In this document: piece after piece, positions 14,320-24,535 of the stretch
Position numbering within the stretch: the first letter of the stretch is position 1
Layout of the letters: every line of letters starts with the position of its first letter
Assembly (NCBI GenBank): GCA_965203565.1
Contig: OZ241896.1
Coordinates: 553,707-617,706 of the forward strand
Reading direction: 5' to 3'
DNA from: Vicinamibacterales bacterium
GTDB taxonomy: Bacteria > Acidobacteriota > Vicinamibacteria > Vicinamibacterales > UBA8438
Length of the DNA stretch: 64,000 bases
Notes under the pieces: model-generated
What the model was told of the DNA's origin: nothing
Seen by the model: the letters and a program-made list of their open reading frames with translations, nothing else
Database searches by the model: none
Translations under genes and position numbers: made by a program

Positions 14320-15258
14320 GTGAAAAAGAACACGAAAAGCCCGGCGCACGTTCAGCGGACGATCCGCCGTACGGTTTCCTGTTCCGGGATCGGTCTGCAC
14401 TCCGGCCAGAAGGGGACGCTGCGTCTCAGTCCTGCGCCCGCGGGTCACGGGATAGTCTTCAGGCGGCTTGATCTGGGCGGGCTGGAGATTCCGGCCAAGG
14501 TCGGATACGTGGCCGGCATGCACTACGCCACCGGTCTGGCCCGGGGCGATGCGTCGGTCGAAACCGTCGAGCACCTGCTGGCCGCACTGGTGAGCCTGGG
14601 GATCGACAACATCGTCGTCGAGTTGAATCAGGCCGAGGTGCCGATCATGGACGGCAGCGCGGCGTCGTTCGTGTACCTGGTGCACGAAGCCGGCGTCAAG
14701 CCGCTGGCGGGCCCGCGCCGCTTTCTGAAGGTCGTCAAGCCGATCTCGCTGTCCCGCGGCGAGAAACGGATCGCCCTCTATCCGTCGGACCATTTCAACG
14801 TCACCTACAGCATCGGCTTCGACCACCCGTTGCTCAGGCATCAGACGCGCACGCTGCGGCTGACCGAGGAATCGTTCATCGACGAGATAGCGTCGGCCCG
14901 GACGTTCGGCTTCCTGAAGGAGGTCGAACTGCTGCGCCGGAAGGGTCTGGCTCTCGGGGGATCGCTCGACAACGCGATCGTTCTCGGAGAGACGGGCGTC
15001 CTGAACAACTCGCTGCGGTTCGAGGACGAGTTCGTCCGTCACAAGATCCTGGACGTCATCGGCGATCTCGCCCTGGTCGGGCATCCCCTGATCGGCCATC
15101 TGGTGGCCCACCGCGGCGGTCACGCGCTGCACGCCAGCTTCGCCAGATGGCTGCTCGAGGAGACCGACGCCTGGCGCCTGGTGGAGTTTCCCGCCGAGCC
15201 GGAGTCGGCTTCCGCGCCGGTCGCCGTCGAGGCGCAGGACCCCGCGCCCGCGGGCTAG
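14320..15258 (+). CDS. lpxC: UDP-3-O-acyl-N-acetylglucosamine deacetylase
   Basis: The 312-aa ORF with a GTG start carries QRTI...SGIGLHSG, TVEHLLAAL..LGIDN and DEFVRHKILDVIGDLAL.G, all LpxC hallmarks. Confidence 0.95.
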   Translation: MKKNTKSPAHVQRTIRRTVSCSGIGLHSGQKGTLRLSPAPAGHGIVFRRLDLGGLEIPAKVGYVAGMHYATGLARGDASVETVEHLLAALVSLGIDNIVVELNQAEVPIMDGSAASFVYLVHEAGVKPLAGPRRFLKVVKPISLSRGEKRIALYPSDHFNVTYSIGFDHPLLRHQTRTLRLTEESFIDEIASARTFGFLKEVELLRRKGLALGGSLDNAIVLGETGVLNNSLRFEDEFVRHKILDVIGDLALVGHPLIGHLVAHRGGHALHASFARWLLEETDAWRLVEFPAEPESASAPVAVEAQDPAPAG

Positions 15259-15545
15259 AGCCGCTTCGCCTGCTCGCGCCGCCTCCCGGTCAGCTTGCGC
15301 ACGTACGCTCCCGCCTTCTCGTTCTCGTACGTCACCGTGTTGAGGAACAGGCTTTCGATCAGGTACGCGCGCCGGTCGGCTTCGCTCATCTGATCGATCA
15401 GGTGGCGGATCTCGCGCATCATGTCTTCGAAGGTGCGATCCAGGCCGTACCGGCCCGTGAGCTCCTTGTCGAGGGCTTCGATGACGGCCAGCAGGTCGCC
15501 ATCCAGCCTGACCTCCGATCCGGAACGGGTCGTGACGGTGTTCAT
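15255..15545 (-). CDS. Hypothetical 96-aa protein, last gene of the ECF sigma/STAS operon
   Basis: The ORF start overlaps the STAS gene stop by 4 nt. It is predicted helical and charged, with no TM segment, no Zn-binding Cys/His and no family I recognise. Its stop shares the palindrome CTAG with the convergent lpxC stop. Confidence 0.55.
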   Translation of the reverse strand: MNTVTTRSGSEVRLDGDLLAVIEALDKELTGRYGLDRTFEDMMREIRHLIDQMSEADRRAYLIESLFLNTVTYENEKAGAYVRKLTGRRREQAKRL

Positions 15546-15889
15546 TCCTGTTCTCCGAAGCTGCTCACGGCGCTCGATTCGTCAGCGTGCAGCTCGATGA
15601 AATTCTGGACGCCGGTCATCGTCAGCATCGTTTCAACCCGCTTCTGCACGCCGGCGAGCTTCATCGCGCCTCCCGCCTGCGCCGCCTGCCGGTACAGATC
15701 CATCAGGCAGCCGATGGAGGCGCTGTCGATGTACGTGACGTCGGACATGTCGATGACCACCTTGGGCGCCTCGCGGCCGAACAGCGTCGATACGACGCTC
15801 GAGAAGGCGGTCAGCAGCGAATAGACCAGGCGGGCTTCGCCGACGCGGACGATGTCGACGTCGTCGGACCGTTCGGTTGAGACGTTCAT
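15542..15889 (-). CDS. STAS-domain protein (anti-sigma-factor antagonist, SpoIIAA/RsbV-like)
   Basis: The 115-aa product starts at the ATG at 15889, which overlaps the sigma gene stop as ATGA. VVIDMSDVTYIDSASIGCLMDLYRQA...MKLAGVQKRVETMLTMTGV is a typical STAS core with the conserved Ser. Confidence 0.8.
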   Translation of the reverse strand: MNVSTERSDDVDIVRVGEARLVYSLLTAFSSVVSTLFGREAPKVVIDMSDVTYIDSASIGCLMDLYRQAAQAGGAMKLAGVQKRVETMLTMTGVQNFIELHADESSAVSSFGEQE

Positions 15890-16536
15890 TCGCGTGCTCC
15901 ATTCACGGACGTGGCGCTCACGAGCCGGCCCCCGGGTGCGTGGACCGGGGGCGACTCCGTTTCGAGCTTGACGAGCTGGCGGGCCAGCTCCCGCCGGCCC
16001 CGGCTGATCCGGGACTTGACGGTGCCCACCGGCAGCGCGAGACGCCGGGCGATTTCGTCGTACGTCAGCTCCTGCATGTCCCGCAGCAGGACCGCCTCGC
16101 GCAGCACCGCCGGCGCCCGCAGCATGGCGCGCCGCAGCAGGTCGCGCTGGTCCGCCCGCTGGAGCTGCGCCAGCGGGTCCGACCCGGCGGCGGCGGGCCC
16201 GGCCTCGGCGGCGTCCACCCCCCGGTCGATCGTTTCCCGCTCCTTGCGCACCCGCCGGTAGTGGTCGATGCACAAGTTGCGGCCGACGCTGACGAGCCAC
16301 GTCTGAAAGTTGGCCCGCCGGTCGAACGCGTTCAGGGCCTTGAACACCTTGAGGAAGATCTCCTGGGTCAGATCCTCCGCTTCCTCGCGCCGCCCGACGA
16401 ACGTGTACGCCACGTTGAAGACCTTGCGCCGGTATCTTTGCACGATCGCGCTCCACGCCTGCTGGTCGCCGCGGAGACAGGCCTCGATCAGGCGATCGGT
16501 CGTCGCCTCCTCCGGTGACGCGGAGTTCGCAGGCAT
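15886..16536 (-). CDS. ECF-type RNA polymerase sigma-70 family factor
   Basis: The 216-aa ORF has region 2 (AEDLTQEIFLKVFKALNAFDRRANFQTWLVSVGRNLCIDHYRR) and region 4 (LTYDEIARRLALPVGTVKSRISRGRRELA). Confidence 0.9.
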   Translation of the reverse strand: MPANSASPEEATTDRLIEACLRGDQQAWSAIVQRYRRKVFNVAYTFVGRREEAEDLTQEIFLKVFKALNAFDRRANFQTWLVSVGRNLCIDHYRRVRKERETIDRGVDAAEAGPAAAGSDPLAQLQRADQRDLLRRAMLRAPAVLREAVLLRDMQELTYDEIARRLALPVGTVKSRISRGRRELARQLVKLETESPPVHAPGGRLVSATSVNGARE

Positions 16537-16584
16537 GCGGCGAGTGTACCACCGGCTGGATTGCGTCCCCGCGCCGGGCGTACA

Positions 16585-17853
16585 ATGCCGCGTTCGCGCC
16601 GGGGCGCGGAACGGGACCGCTTGACTGATTCACAAGCCGCGCCGCCGCGCGCGGACGCCGCGCTCGCCGAGATCGCCCGCCGCGTGGGCACTCCGGTGTA
16701 CGTCTACGACGCGCCGCGGATCAGGGAACGGTACGCGGCGTTCGACGCAGCGTTCGGCGGCTACCCCCACCGCGTGCACTACGCACTGAAGGCGAACTCG
16801 GCGCTGGCCGTGGCGCGGCTCGTCCGGGAGCTCGGCGGGGGGGTGGACGCCAACTCCGGAGGAGAGATCGACGTCGCCCTTCGCGCCGGCTTCGCGCCGC
16901 GGGACATCGTGTTCAGCGGCGTCGGCAAGACCGAAGCCGAGCTGGCGCAGGCGGTGGCGCTCGGCGTGCACGCCATCAACGTCGAGAGCGCCGGAGAGCT
17001 GGAACGGATCGGCCGGATGGCGCGCGCCCGCGGGTCCCGCGTCCGGGTGGCGCTGCGCGTGAATCCTGACGTGGCGGCCGGCGCGCATCCGCACATCTCC
17101 ACCGGCCGGCGGACGCACAAGTTCGGCGTGCCGATCGGAGCGGCCCGCGAGCTCTGCGCCCGCGCGACGGCGCACGACGGGCTGCAGATGGCCGGGCTGC
17201 ACGTCCACGTCGGATCGCAGGTGGCTTCACCGGGTCCGATTCGGGACGCCCTCGGCGCGGCCGCGGCGCTCGCCGCCGACCTGCTCGGCGACGGGTGTCC
17301 GCTGGAGCACGTCGACGTCGGCGGCGGTCTCGGCATTTCGTACGACGGGTCCGAGCCGTTCGACGTGTCCGCTTACGCGCGGACCGTCGTCGAGGCGGTG
17401 CGGCCGACGCGGCTCCCGATCGTCGCCGAACCGGGCCGGTGGATCGTCGGCCCGGCGGGTGTGCTCGTGGCGAGCGTGGTCGACGTGAAGGAGCAGGACG
17501 GCGGCCGGCGCTTCGTCGTCCTGGACGCCGGGATGAGCGAGCTGCTGCGGCCGGCGCTCTACGGGGCGTTCCACCGCATCGAGCCGCTGGCGCCGCGGCC
17601 GAGCCGTCCGGTCGTCTGCGACGTGGTCGGACCGATCTGCGAGACGAGTGACGTCGTCGGAGCCGCGCGCTCGATGCCGCGGCCGGAAGTCGGCGACCTC
17701 ATGGCGATATTCGACACCGGCGCCTACGGCGCCTCGATGGCGTCGAACTACAATCGCCATCCGCTCCCGCCCGAAGTGATGGTCGACGCCGGCGCGTGGC
17801 GCGTCGTGCGCCGCCGCCAGACTTTCGACGACATGGTCGGATTGGAGACCTGA
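16585..17853 (+). CDS. lysA: Diaminopimelate decarboxylase
   Basis: The ATG at 16585 lies inside track ORF 16561..17853. TPVYVYD...HYALKANS...DANSGGE...VGSQ...DVGGGLGI...EPGR...GAYGASMASNYN are the PLP-dependent fold-III decarboxylase motifs. Confidence 0.93.
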   Translation: MPRSRRGAERDRLTDSQAAPPRADAALAEIARRVGTPVYVYDAPRIRERYAAFDAAFGGYPHRVHYALKANSALAVARLVRELGGGVDANSGGEIDVALRAGFAPRDIVFSGVGKTEAELAQAVALGVHAINVESAGELERIGRMARARGSRVRVALRVNPDVAAGAHPHISTGRRTHKFGVPIGAARELCARATAHDGLQMAGLHVHVGSQVASPGPIRDALGAAAALAADLLGDGCPLEHVDVGGGLGISYDGSEPFDVSAYARTVVEAVRPTRLPIVAEPGRWIVGPAGVLVASVVDVKEQDGGRRFVVLDAGMSELLRPALYGAFHRIEPLAPRPSRPVVCDVVGPICETSDVVGAARSMPRPEVGDLMAIFDTGAYGASMASNYNRHPLPPEVMVDAGAWRVVRRRQTFDDMVGLET

Positions 17854-17861
17854 CCGCCGCG

Positions 17862-18446
17862 ATGCTGATCGCCTTCGAAGGGCTGGACCAGAGCGGAAAG
17901 GAGACCCAGGCGCGCCTGCTGCGCGACCGCCTGCGGTCGGCCGGCCGGAAGTCCCGGGTGGTGTCGTTTCCGGACTACGGGACGGCGATCGGCGAGGAGA
18001 TCGCGCGCGCCCTGGCCGGCGAGCGCGATTACGGACCGGAGGTGATGCAGCTACTGTACGTCGCGAACCGCTACGAGCGGCGGCCGGACCTCGTTCGATG
18101 GCGCGACGCGGGCATCGTGCTGCTCTGCGACCGGTACGTCGCGTCGAGCGTCGCCTACGGGGAAGCGCAGGGGCTCGACCCCGCGTGGCTGGCGGACCTG
18201 CAACGCTTCCTGCCCCCGCCCGATTTCACGGTTCTTCTCGACGTCACTCCCGAGACGGCGGTGGAGCGGAAGGCGGCCGGCCGCGATCGGTACGAGGCGG
18301 ATCGTGCGTTGCAGGCGCGGGTGCGGGACAGCTACGCGCGTCAGGCGCAACGGCCCGACTGGCTGCGCGTGGACGGCGGTCTGCCCGTGGCGGACGTGGC
18401 CGCGGCGATCGCCGAGGCGGTCTATCCGCGACTCGAGCGACCGTGA
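17862..18446 (+). CDS. tmk: Thymidylate kinase
   Basis: The ATG at 17862 gives MLIAFEGLDQSGKETQ (P-loop). DRY..SS.AYG is also present. Confidence 0.9.
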   Translation: MLIAFEGLDQSGKETQARLLRDRLRSAGRKSRVVSFPDYGTAIGEEIARALAGERDYGPEVMQLLYVANRYERRPDLVRWRDAGIVLLCDRYVASSVAYGEAQGLDPAWLADLQRFLPPPDFTVLLDVTPETAVERKAAGRDRYEADRALQARVRDSYARQAQRPDWLRVDGGLPVADVAAAIAEAVYPRLERP

Positions 18447-19158
18447 GGCCGGAGACCTCGCGCGCGCCGGCCGCGCGCAGCACCCGCGCGCACGCGTCGA
18501 GCGTGGCGCCGGTGGTCATGACGTCGTCGGCGATGACCACGATCTTTCCGGCGACCGACGCGCGAACCCCGAACGGTCCGCGGCCGGCCAGCTCGAACGC
18601 TCCCCTCACGTTCGCGCGCCGCTTCCGTGCGGGAAGCGTCGTCTGCGGTTGCGTGCGCCGGGTGCGGCGGAGGAGGTCCTGGACAGGCGGCCCCAGCCGC
18701 GCGGCCAGGTCGCGCGCCTGGTTGAAGCCGCGCTCGAGTCGGCGGCGCCGGTGCAGCGGCGCCGGGACGATCAGGTCGGCGGAGTCGAGCAGGTCGCGTC
18801 CGGCTTGCCGCATGAGCGCGGCCAGCGGCTCGGCCAGCGAACGCCGGCCCTGATACTTGAACGCGTGGATGATCGTGCGCAGCGCGCCGTCGTACCAGCC
18901 TGCCGCGCGCCGCTGCACGATCGGCCGCCGCCGCGCGCGCCGGTCACGGCAGAGGCGGCAGACGCCGGCGACCGGGAGCGGCGCGCCGCAACTCCGGCAC
19001 CGCGGCGGCGTAATCAGGCGGACGCGGCGCCAGCACTCCGCGCAGACGACGCCGTCGGTCGGCCGGTCCAGCACCGCGCCGCATGCCGCGCAGCACGGCG
19101 CCCAGGCGACGGCGAGCAGGCCGTCGGCGAGACGCCGGATGCCGGCGGCGATCCTCAT
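18244..19158 (-). CDS. comF: ComF-family protein (phosphoribosyltransferase domain)
   Basis: N-terminal Cys pairs (CCAACG...CAECW...CRSCG...CRLC) are followed by RGFNQA and the PRTase motif VVIADDVMTTGATL. A low-complexity Pro/Arg tail overlaps the 3' end of tmk by about 200 nt. Confidence 0.8.
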   Translation of the reverse strand: MRIAAGIRRLADGLLAVAWAPCCAACGAVLDRPTDGVVCAECWRRVRLITPPRCRSCGAPLPVAGVCRLCRDRRARRRPIVQRRAAGWYDGALRTIIHAFKYQGRRSLAEPLAALMRQAGRDLLDSADLIVPAPLHRRRRLERGFNQARDLAARLGPPVQDLLRRTRRTQPQTTLPARKRRANVRGAFELAGRGPFGVRASVAGKIVVIADDVMTTGATLDACARVLRAAGAREVSGLTVARVADRPPRRSPRPRPPRADRRPRAASRAVAPDARSCPAPAPATHDPPRTDRGRPPSAPPPSRE

Positions 19159-19176
19159 GCGGCGCCCTGGCGGCGG

Positions 19177-19577
19177 TCACGCCGTTTCCGGCGCGGGGAC
19201 CCGCGCCGCTTCGCCCCACAACCGCTCGAGGTCGTAGAAGCGGCGGGTGTCCGGCGTGAAGACGTGGACCACGAAGTCGAAGCAGTCCACGAGGACCCAT
19301 TCGCCGCGGTCGTATCCCTCGACGTGCGACGGCGCGTCCGGCGAATGGCGGAGCCGCCGCCTGATCTCGTCGACGACGGCTTGCGCCTGCCGCGCGCTCC
19401 GCGCCGAGCAGACGACGAAATGGTCGGTGAACGCGTGCGCGTCGCCGATAAGCAGCACCACCACATCGAACGCCTTCTTGTCCAGGGCCGACCGGACGGC
19501 GGTCCGCACGCCTTCCGGCAGGGCGTCGAACGCGTCGATGGCCTCGAGGGCCGGCGCCGGCGTCGGATTGCGGTCGC

Positions 19578-19581
<4 letters not shown>
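19177..19581 (-). CDS. rsfS: Ribosome silencing factor RsfS (iojap family)
   Basis: The ATG at 19581 gives a 134-aa product. KKAFDVVVLLIGDAHAFTDHFVVCSARSARQAQAVVDEI...GEWVLVDCFDFVVHVF...R.FYDLERLW is classic RsfS. Confidence 0.9.
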
Positions 19582-21614
<2,033 letters not shown>

Positions 21615-21616
21615 GC

Positions 21617-21937
21617 TTACTCGCCCGTCTCGATCCCCGTGATGCGCACCCGCGTCAGCTCCGTCCGGTGCCCGATGGTGCGGCGCCACGCCTTGCGGCG
21701 CTTCTTGCGGAACACCCGGATCTTCGGCCCGCGCTCCGCGCCTTCGACGACGCCGACCACGCGCGCGCCGGCGACGAACGGCGCGCCGGCGACGAAGCCG
21801 CCGTCATCGTCCGAGAGGAACAGCACCCGATCGAAGATTATCGGCTCGCCCGCCGGTACGGCGCAACGATCGATCGAGACGACCGCGCCGGCCTCCACCC
21901 GGCTCTGCCCGCCCCCGCTCTGGATGACTGCGTACAC
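21617..21937 (-). CDS. rplU: 50S ribosomal protein L21
   Basis: The GTG at 21937 gives (M)[16 protein letters not shown]...[20 protein letters not shown], 106 aa. The extension of the track ORF to 21979 runs into the repeat element and is not credible. Confidence 0.93.
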   Translation of the reverse strand: MYAVIQSGGGQSRVEAGAVVSIDRCAVPAGEPIIFDRVLFLSDDDGGFVAGAPFVAGARVVGVVEGAERGPKIRVFRKKRRKAWRRTIGHRTELTRVRITGIETGE

Positions 21938-21951
21938 TTCAGCGCCCTTGA

Positions 21952-22110
21952 CAGCCCGTGGCGAAAGTCCCCGCTGCATTCGAGCGGCGATGCATCCCGC
22001 CTGACGGCGTTGTTCGTCGGTTGCGTATGCCCAATATGCGCCCTCCTCACGCCTTGTCAGCCGGGCGCCTCACCGCTCTCGGCGCCCCGCGGGGATTCCA
22101 CCACGGGCTG
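21952..22110 (+). mobile_element. 159-bp TIR element, copy 1 (MITE-like), TSD TTGA
   Basis: The ends are CAGCCCGTGG...CCACGGGCTG, a perfect 10-bp TIR. TTGA at 21948-21951 is repeated at 22111-22114. The copy is near-identical to copies at 26933, 41777 and 63797. Confidence 0.85.
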
Positions 22111-22172
22111 TTGAGATCGCAAAGCCTACTACCCCGCGCGCCCGGCTGTAAAGCGCGTCGAAGCCCCTCGCT

Positions 22173-23006
22173 TTACTTGAGGAGGATGCGGGCGCCTCGG
22201 ATGCTCTCGGCGCTCAGGGTGCCGAGAAACGAAGGGATCAGACGGTCCATCAACTCGAAGTACGACGACAGCGCCGGCGTGTTCCGCGCGGCGTCGTACA
22301 GGATTTCCTCCCGGTGGCGCTCGGTGTACAGGGTCGCTCCGGTGCGCCCGTCGATGAAGATGAACTTCGGGCTCAGCACGTAGCCCCGGCGGTCGCGGTA
22401 CGCCCGGACCGGCGCAACCTGCCGCCGGCCGAACTCGTCGTAGACCTCCCGTTGCCGGGTGACCATCCCCGAGCGCTGATGCGGCGTGAAGTACACCGTC
22501 CCGGTGACGATCAGCGGATCCTGGAACTCTTCGCCCAACTGGCGCCAGTAACTCGTGTTGGCGAAGATGTGCTCGAGGTTCTCGACGTCCTCCTCCGAGT
22601 ACCGCTCTTGCGCATCCTCGTCGCCGGCGTCGTCTCCGGCCGCGGCGCTGTCTCCGGCCTCGGCGCTGTCCCCGGCCGCGGCGGCGTCTGCGCGCTCTCC
22701 GCCGTTCCCCGGGGCCCCGCCGCCCTGCTCCTCCGCGACCGCGGTCAACTCGATGACGTCGGCGTCGATGACCTGGAACTCCGAGTTGCTCCGGAGCTGG
22801 CTCTTCAGGAGCCGCGCGGTCTCCAGGTTCGTGTCCACCTCGTCGCTCCCGCCCGTCACGAATCCGGCGACGAGCACGCGCTGGAACCCCGACGCGTCGA
22901 GCTTCGGCTCGAGGGGCGTCTCGACCGGCACCTCGTAGTAGTTCGTGCACGCGGCCGCCGCGGCCAGCGCCGCCGCGCTACCGATCGCTCTCAGTGAGAC
23001 GGTCAT
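22173..23006 (-). CDS. Hypothetical lipoprotein with acidic low-complexity insert
   Basis: The 277-aa ORF has the signal plus lipobox MTVSLRAIGSAAALAAAAAC. An internal AGDSAEAGDSAAAGDDAGDED repeat is present. I recognise no family. Confidence 0.7.
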   Translation of the reverse strand: MTVSLRAIGSAAALAAAAACTNYYEVPVETPLEPKLDASGFQRVLVAGFVTGGSDEVDTNLETARLLKSQLRSNSEFQVIDADVIELTAVAEEQGGGAPGNGGERADAAAAGDSAEAGDSAAAGDDAGDEDAQERYSEEDVENLEHIFANTSYWRQLGEEFQDPLIVTGTVYFTPHQRSGMVTRQREVYDEFGRRQVAPVRAYRDRRGYVLSPKFIFIDGRTGATLYTERHREEILYDAARNTPALSSYFELMDRLIPSFLGTLSAESIRGARILLK

Positions 23007-23328
23007 TGATTTCCCTGAACAGGTCGTAGTTCTGCTGGATCATCGTGTTGTCCGGGTCGAGATCCAGCGCCCTCTCGTACGCCTCGCGCGCCCTGTCGAA
23101 CCGTCCGTCGCGTTCGTAGGCGATGCCGAGGTTGTTCCAGGCCGCGGCGTAGGACGGATCGATCTCCACGGCGCGCTCCCACCGGTAGATCGCTTCCTGC
23201 CACAGCCCCCGCTGCACGACCGCGATGCCGAACTCGACCTGCGCCTTCGCGTCGGACCGGGCGTCCGCGGCGGCGGTCCCGCCTGCCGCCGCCAGCATGC
23301 ACGCGACGATGCAGGCCCGGATGCGCAT
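22978..23328 (-). CDS. TPR-repeat lipoprotein
   Basis: The ATG at 23328 gives MRIRACIVACMLAAAGG. TPR motifs follow: WQEAIYRWERAVEIDPSYAAAWNNLGIAYERDGRFDRAREAYERALDLDPDN. Confidence 0.75.
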   Translation of the reverse strand: MRIRACIVACMLAAAGGTAAADARSDAKAQVEFGIAVVQRGLWQEAIYRWERAVEIDPSYAAAWNNLGIAYERDGRFDRAREAYERALDLDPDNTMIQQNYDLFREINDRLTESDR

Positions 23329-23393
23329 CTGACTCGTTTCACTATAGCCAGCGCATCCGGCGCACGCAAGCGTGAACGGTTCATGGCACGATA

Positions 23394-24491
23394 GTGGCAT
23401 GGATAAACGAGCAGCGCATGGACCCGCTCGACGCCGTCACGTTGTCGGTGCTTCTCGGCGCGCCGCGGAGCAGGCGCATGCTCCAGCCGCGCCGGGCCGC
23501 GGGCGGGGACGGCGATCAACGGGCGCTTCCGGCGTTCGACGAGCTGCTCGACCGGATGGAGGCTGCGGACGGCGCGCTCCGGGACGAGGTGGAGCGCGCG
23601 GCGCGGGAGGCGGTCCGGATCCTGGCGCTGGCGGCGCAATGCGGAGCAGCGCCGCTGGCGTTCGGCTCGCCGGTCTATCCCGCCGCGCTGGCGGCGATCC
23701 CCGACCCTCCGCCGATCCTGTGGCGCCGGGGCGCGGCGGCGGTGCTCGAAGCGCCTGTCGTCGCCGTCGTCGGGTCCCGCACCGGCTCCCGGTACGCGCT
23801 GGAGGTGGCGGCGCGCCTGGGGTCCGAGCTGGCGGGCCGCGGCGTGGCGGTGGCGAGCGGCTTGGCGCGGGGCGTCGACGCGGCGGCGCACCGCGGCGCC
23901 CTCGCTGCGGGCGGGCCGACCATCGCGGTCCTGGGGTGCGGCGTGGACGTCGTCTATCCGCCGGAGCACGGCCCGTTGATGGAAAAGGTCGCCGCCGGAG
24001 GCGTCGTCGTCAGCGAGTTCGCTCCGGGCGCGCCGCCGAGGCCGTTCCATTTCCCGCAGCGCAACCGGATCATCAGCGGGCTGTCGCTGGCGGTGGTGGT
24101 CGTCGAAGCGTCCGAGCGCAGCGGCTCGCTCGTCACCGCCCGGCACGCCGCCGAGCAGGGCCGGGAGGTGATGGCGGTCCCCGGCAACGTGCTGACCGGC
24201 CGATCCCGCGGCGGCCACGCACTGATCAGGGATGGGGCGAAGATCGTCGAGACGGCGGACGATATTCTGGAAGAGATCGGTCCCGCGGCCGGGACGGGCC
24301 CGCGCAGCGAGGCGAACGCGCCGGCCGGTGACGAGCTGTTGCAGCGGATGGACCGCGGCGAGAGCTACGACATGGACGATCTGGCCGAGCTCTCGGGACT
24401 GAGCCGCTCCGCGCTCTCGTCGCGCGTGCTGGAGCTCGAGCTGCAGGGCCGCCTCACCCGGCTGGCCGGCGGCCGGTTCAGCCGCTCCTGA
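23394..24491 (+). CDS. dprA: DNA-processing protein DprA (Smf)
   Basis: VAVVGSR..S.YA...LA..GV.VASGLARGVDAAAH.GAL...G.TIAVLG.G.D..YP.E...L and FP.RNRIISGLS are present. An alternative start lies at 23418. Confidence 0.9.
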   Translation: MAWINEQRMDPLDAVTLSVLLGAPRSRRMLQPRRAAGGDGDQRALPAFDELLDRMEAADGALRDEVERAAREAVRILALAAQCGAAPLAFGSPVYPAALAAIPDPPPILWRRGAAAVLEAPVVAVVGSRTGSRYALEVAARLGSELAGRGVAVASGLARGVDAAAHRGALAAGGPTIAVLGCGVDVVYPPEHGPLMEKVAAGGVVVSEFAPGAPPRPFHFPQRNRIISGLSLAVVVVEASERSGSLVTARHAAEQGREVMAVPGNVLTGRSRGGHALIRDGAKIVETADDILEEIGPAAGTGPRSEANAPAGDELLQRMDRGESYDMDDLAELSGLSRSALSSRVLELELQGRLTRLAGGRFSRS

Positions 24492-24535
24492 ACGGAGGAT
24501 GGTAGGGTAGAGAAGGGAGAGAGGATCGAACCGGT

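Noticed and set aside
18244-18446. The ~200-nt convergent overlap of the comF and tmk 3' ends (and 77 nt for aat/M28 at 1163-1239), considered as a functional antisense arrangement.
   Set aside because: The overlapping ComF tail is Pro/Arg-rich low-complexity sequence. It most likely results from the scarcity of stop codons opposite a GC-rich gene. There is no independent evidence of function.
21838-22383. Recurrent track ORFs translate to MAKVPAAFERRCIPPDGVVRRLRMPNMRPPHALS... on the + strand and MRRAHIGHTQPTNNAVRRDASPLE(C/R)SGDFRHGL... on the - strand. They are seen at about 21.9, 27.0, 35.1, 41.8 and 63.8 kb and could be taken for a small multi-copy protein family.
   Set aside because: They are simply translations of the 159-bp TIR element. 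They have non-canonical starts and no consistent stop or length between copies. They fuse arbitrarily to neighbouring frames, and substitutions between copies track the nucleotide hairpins rather than codon positions.
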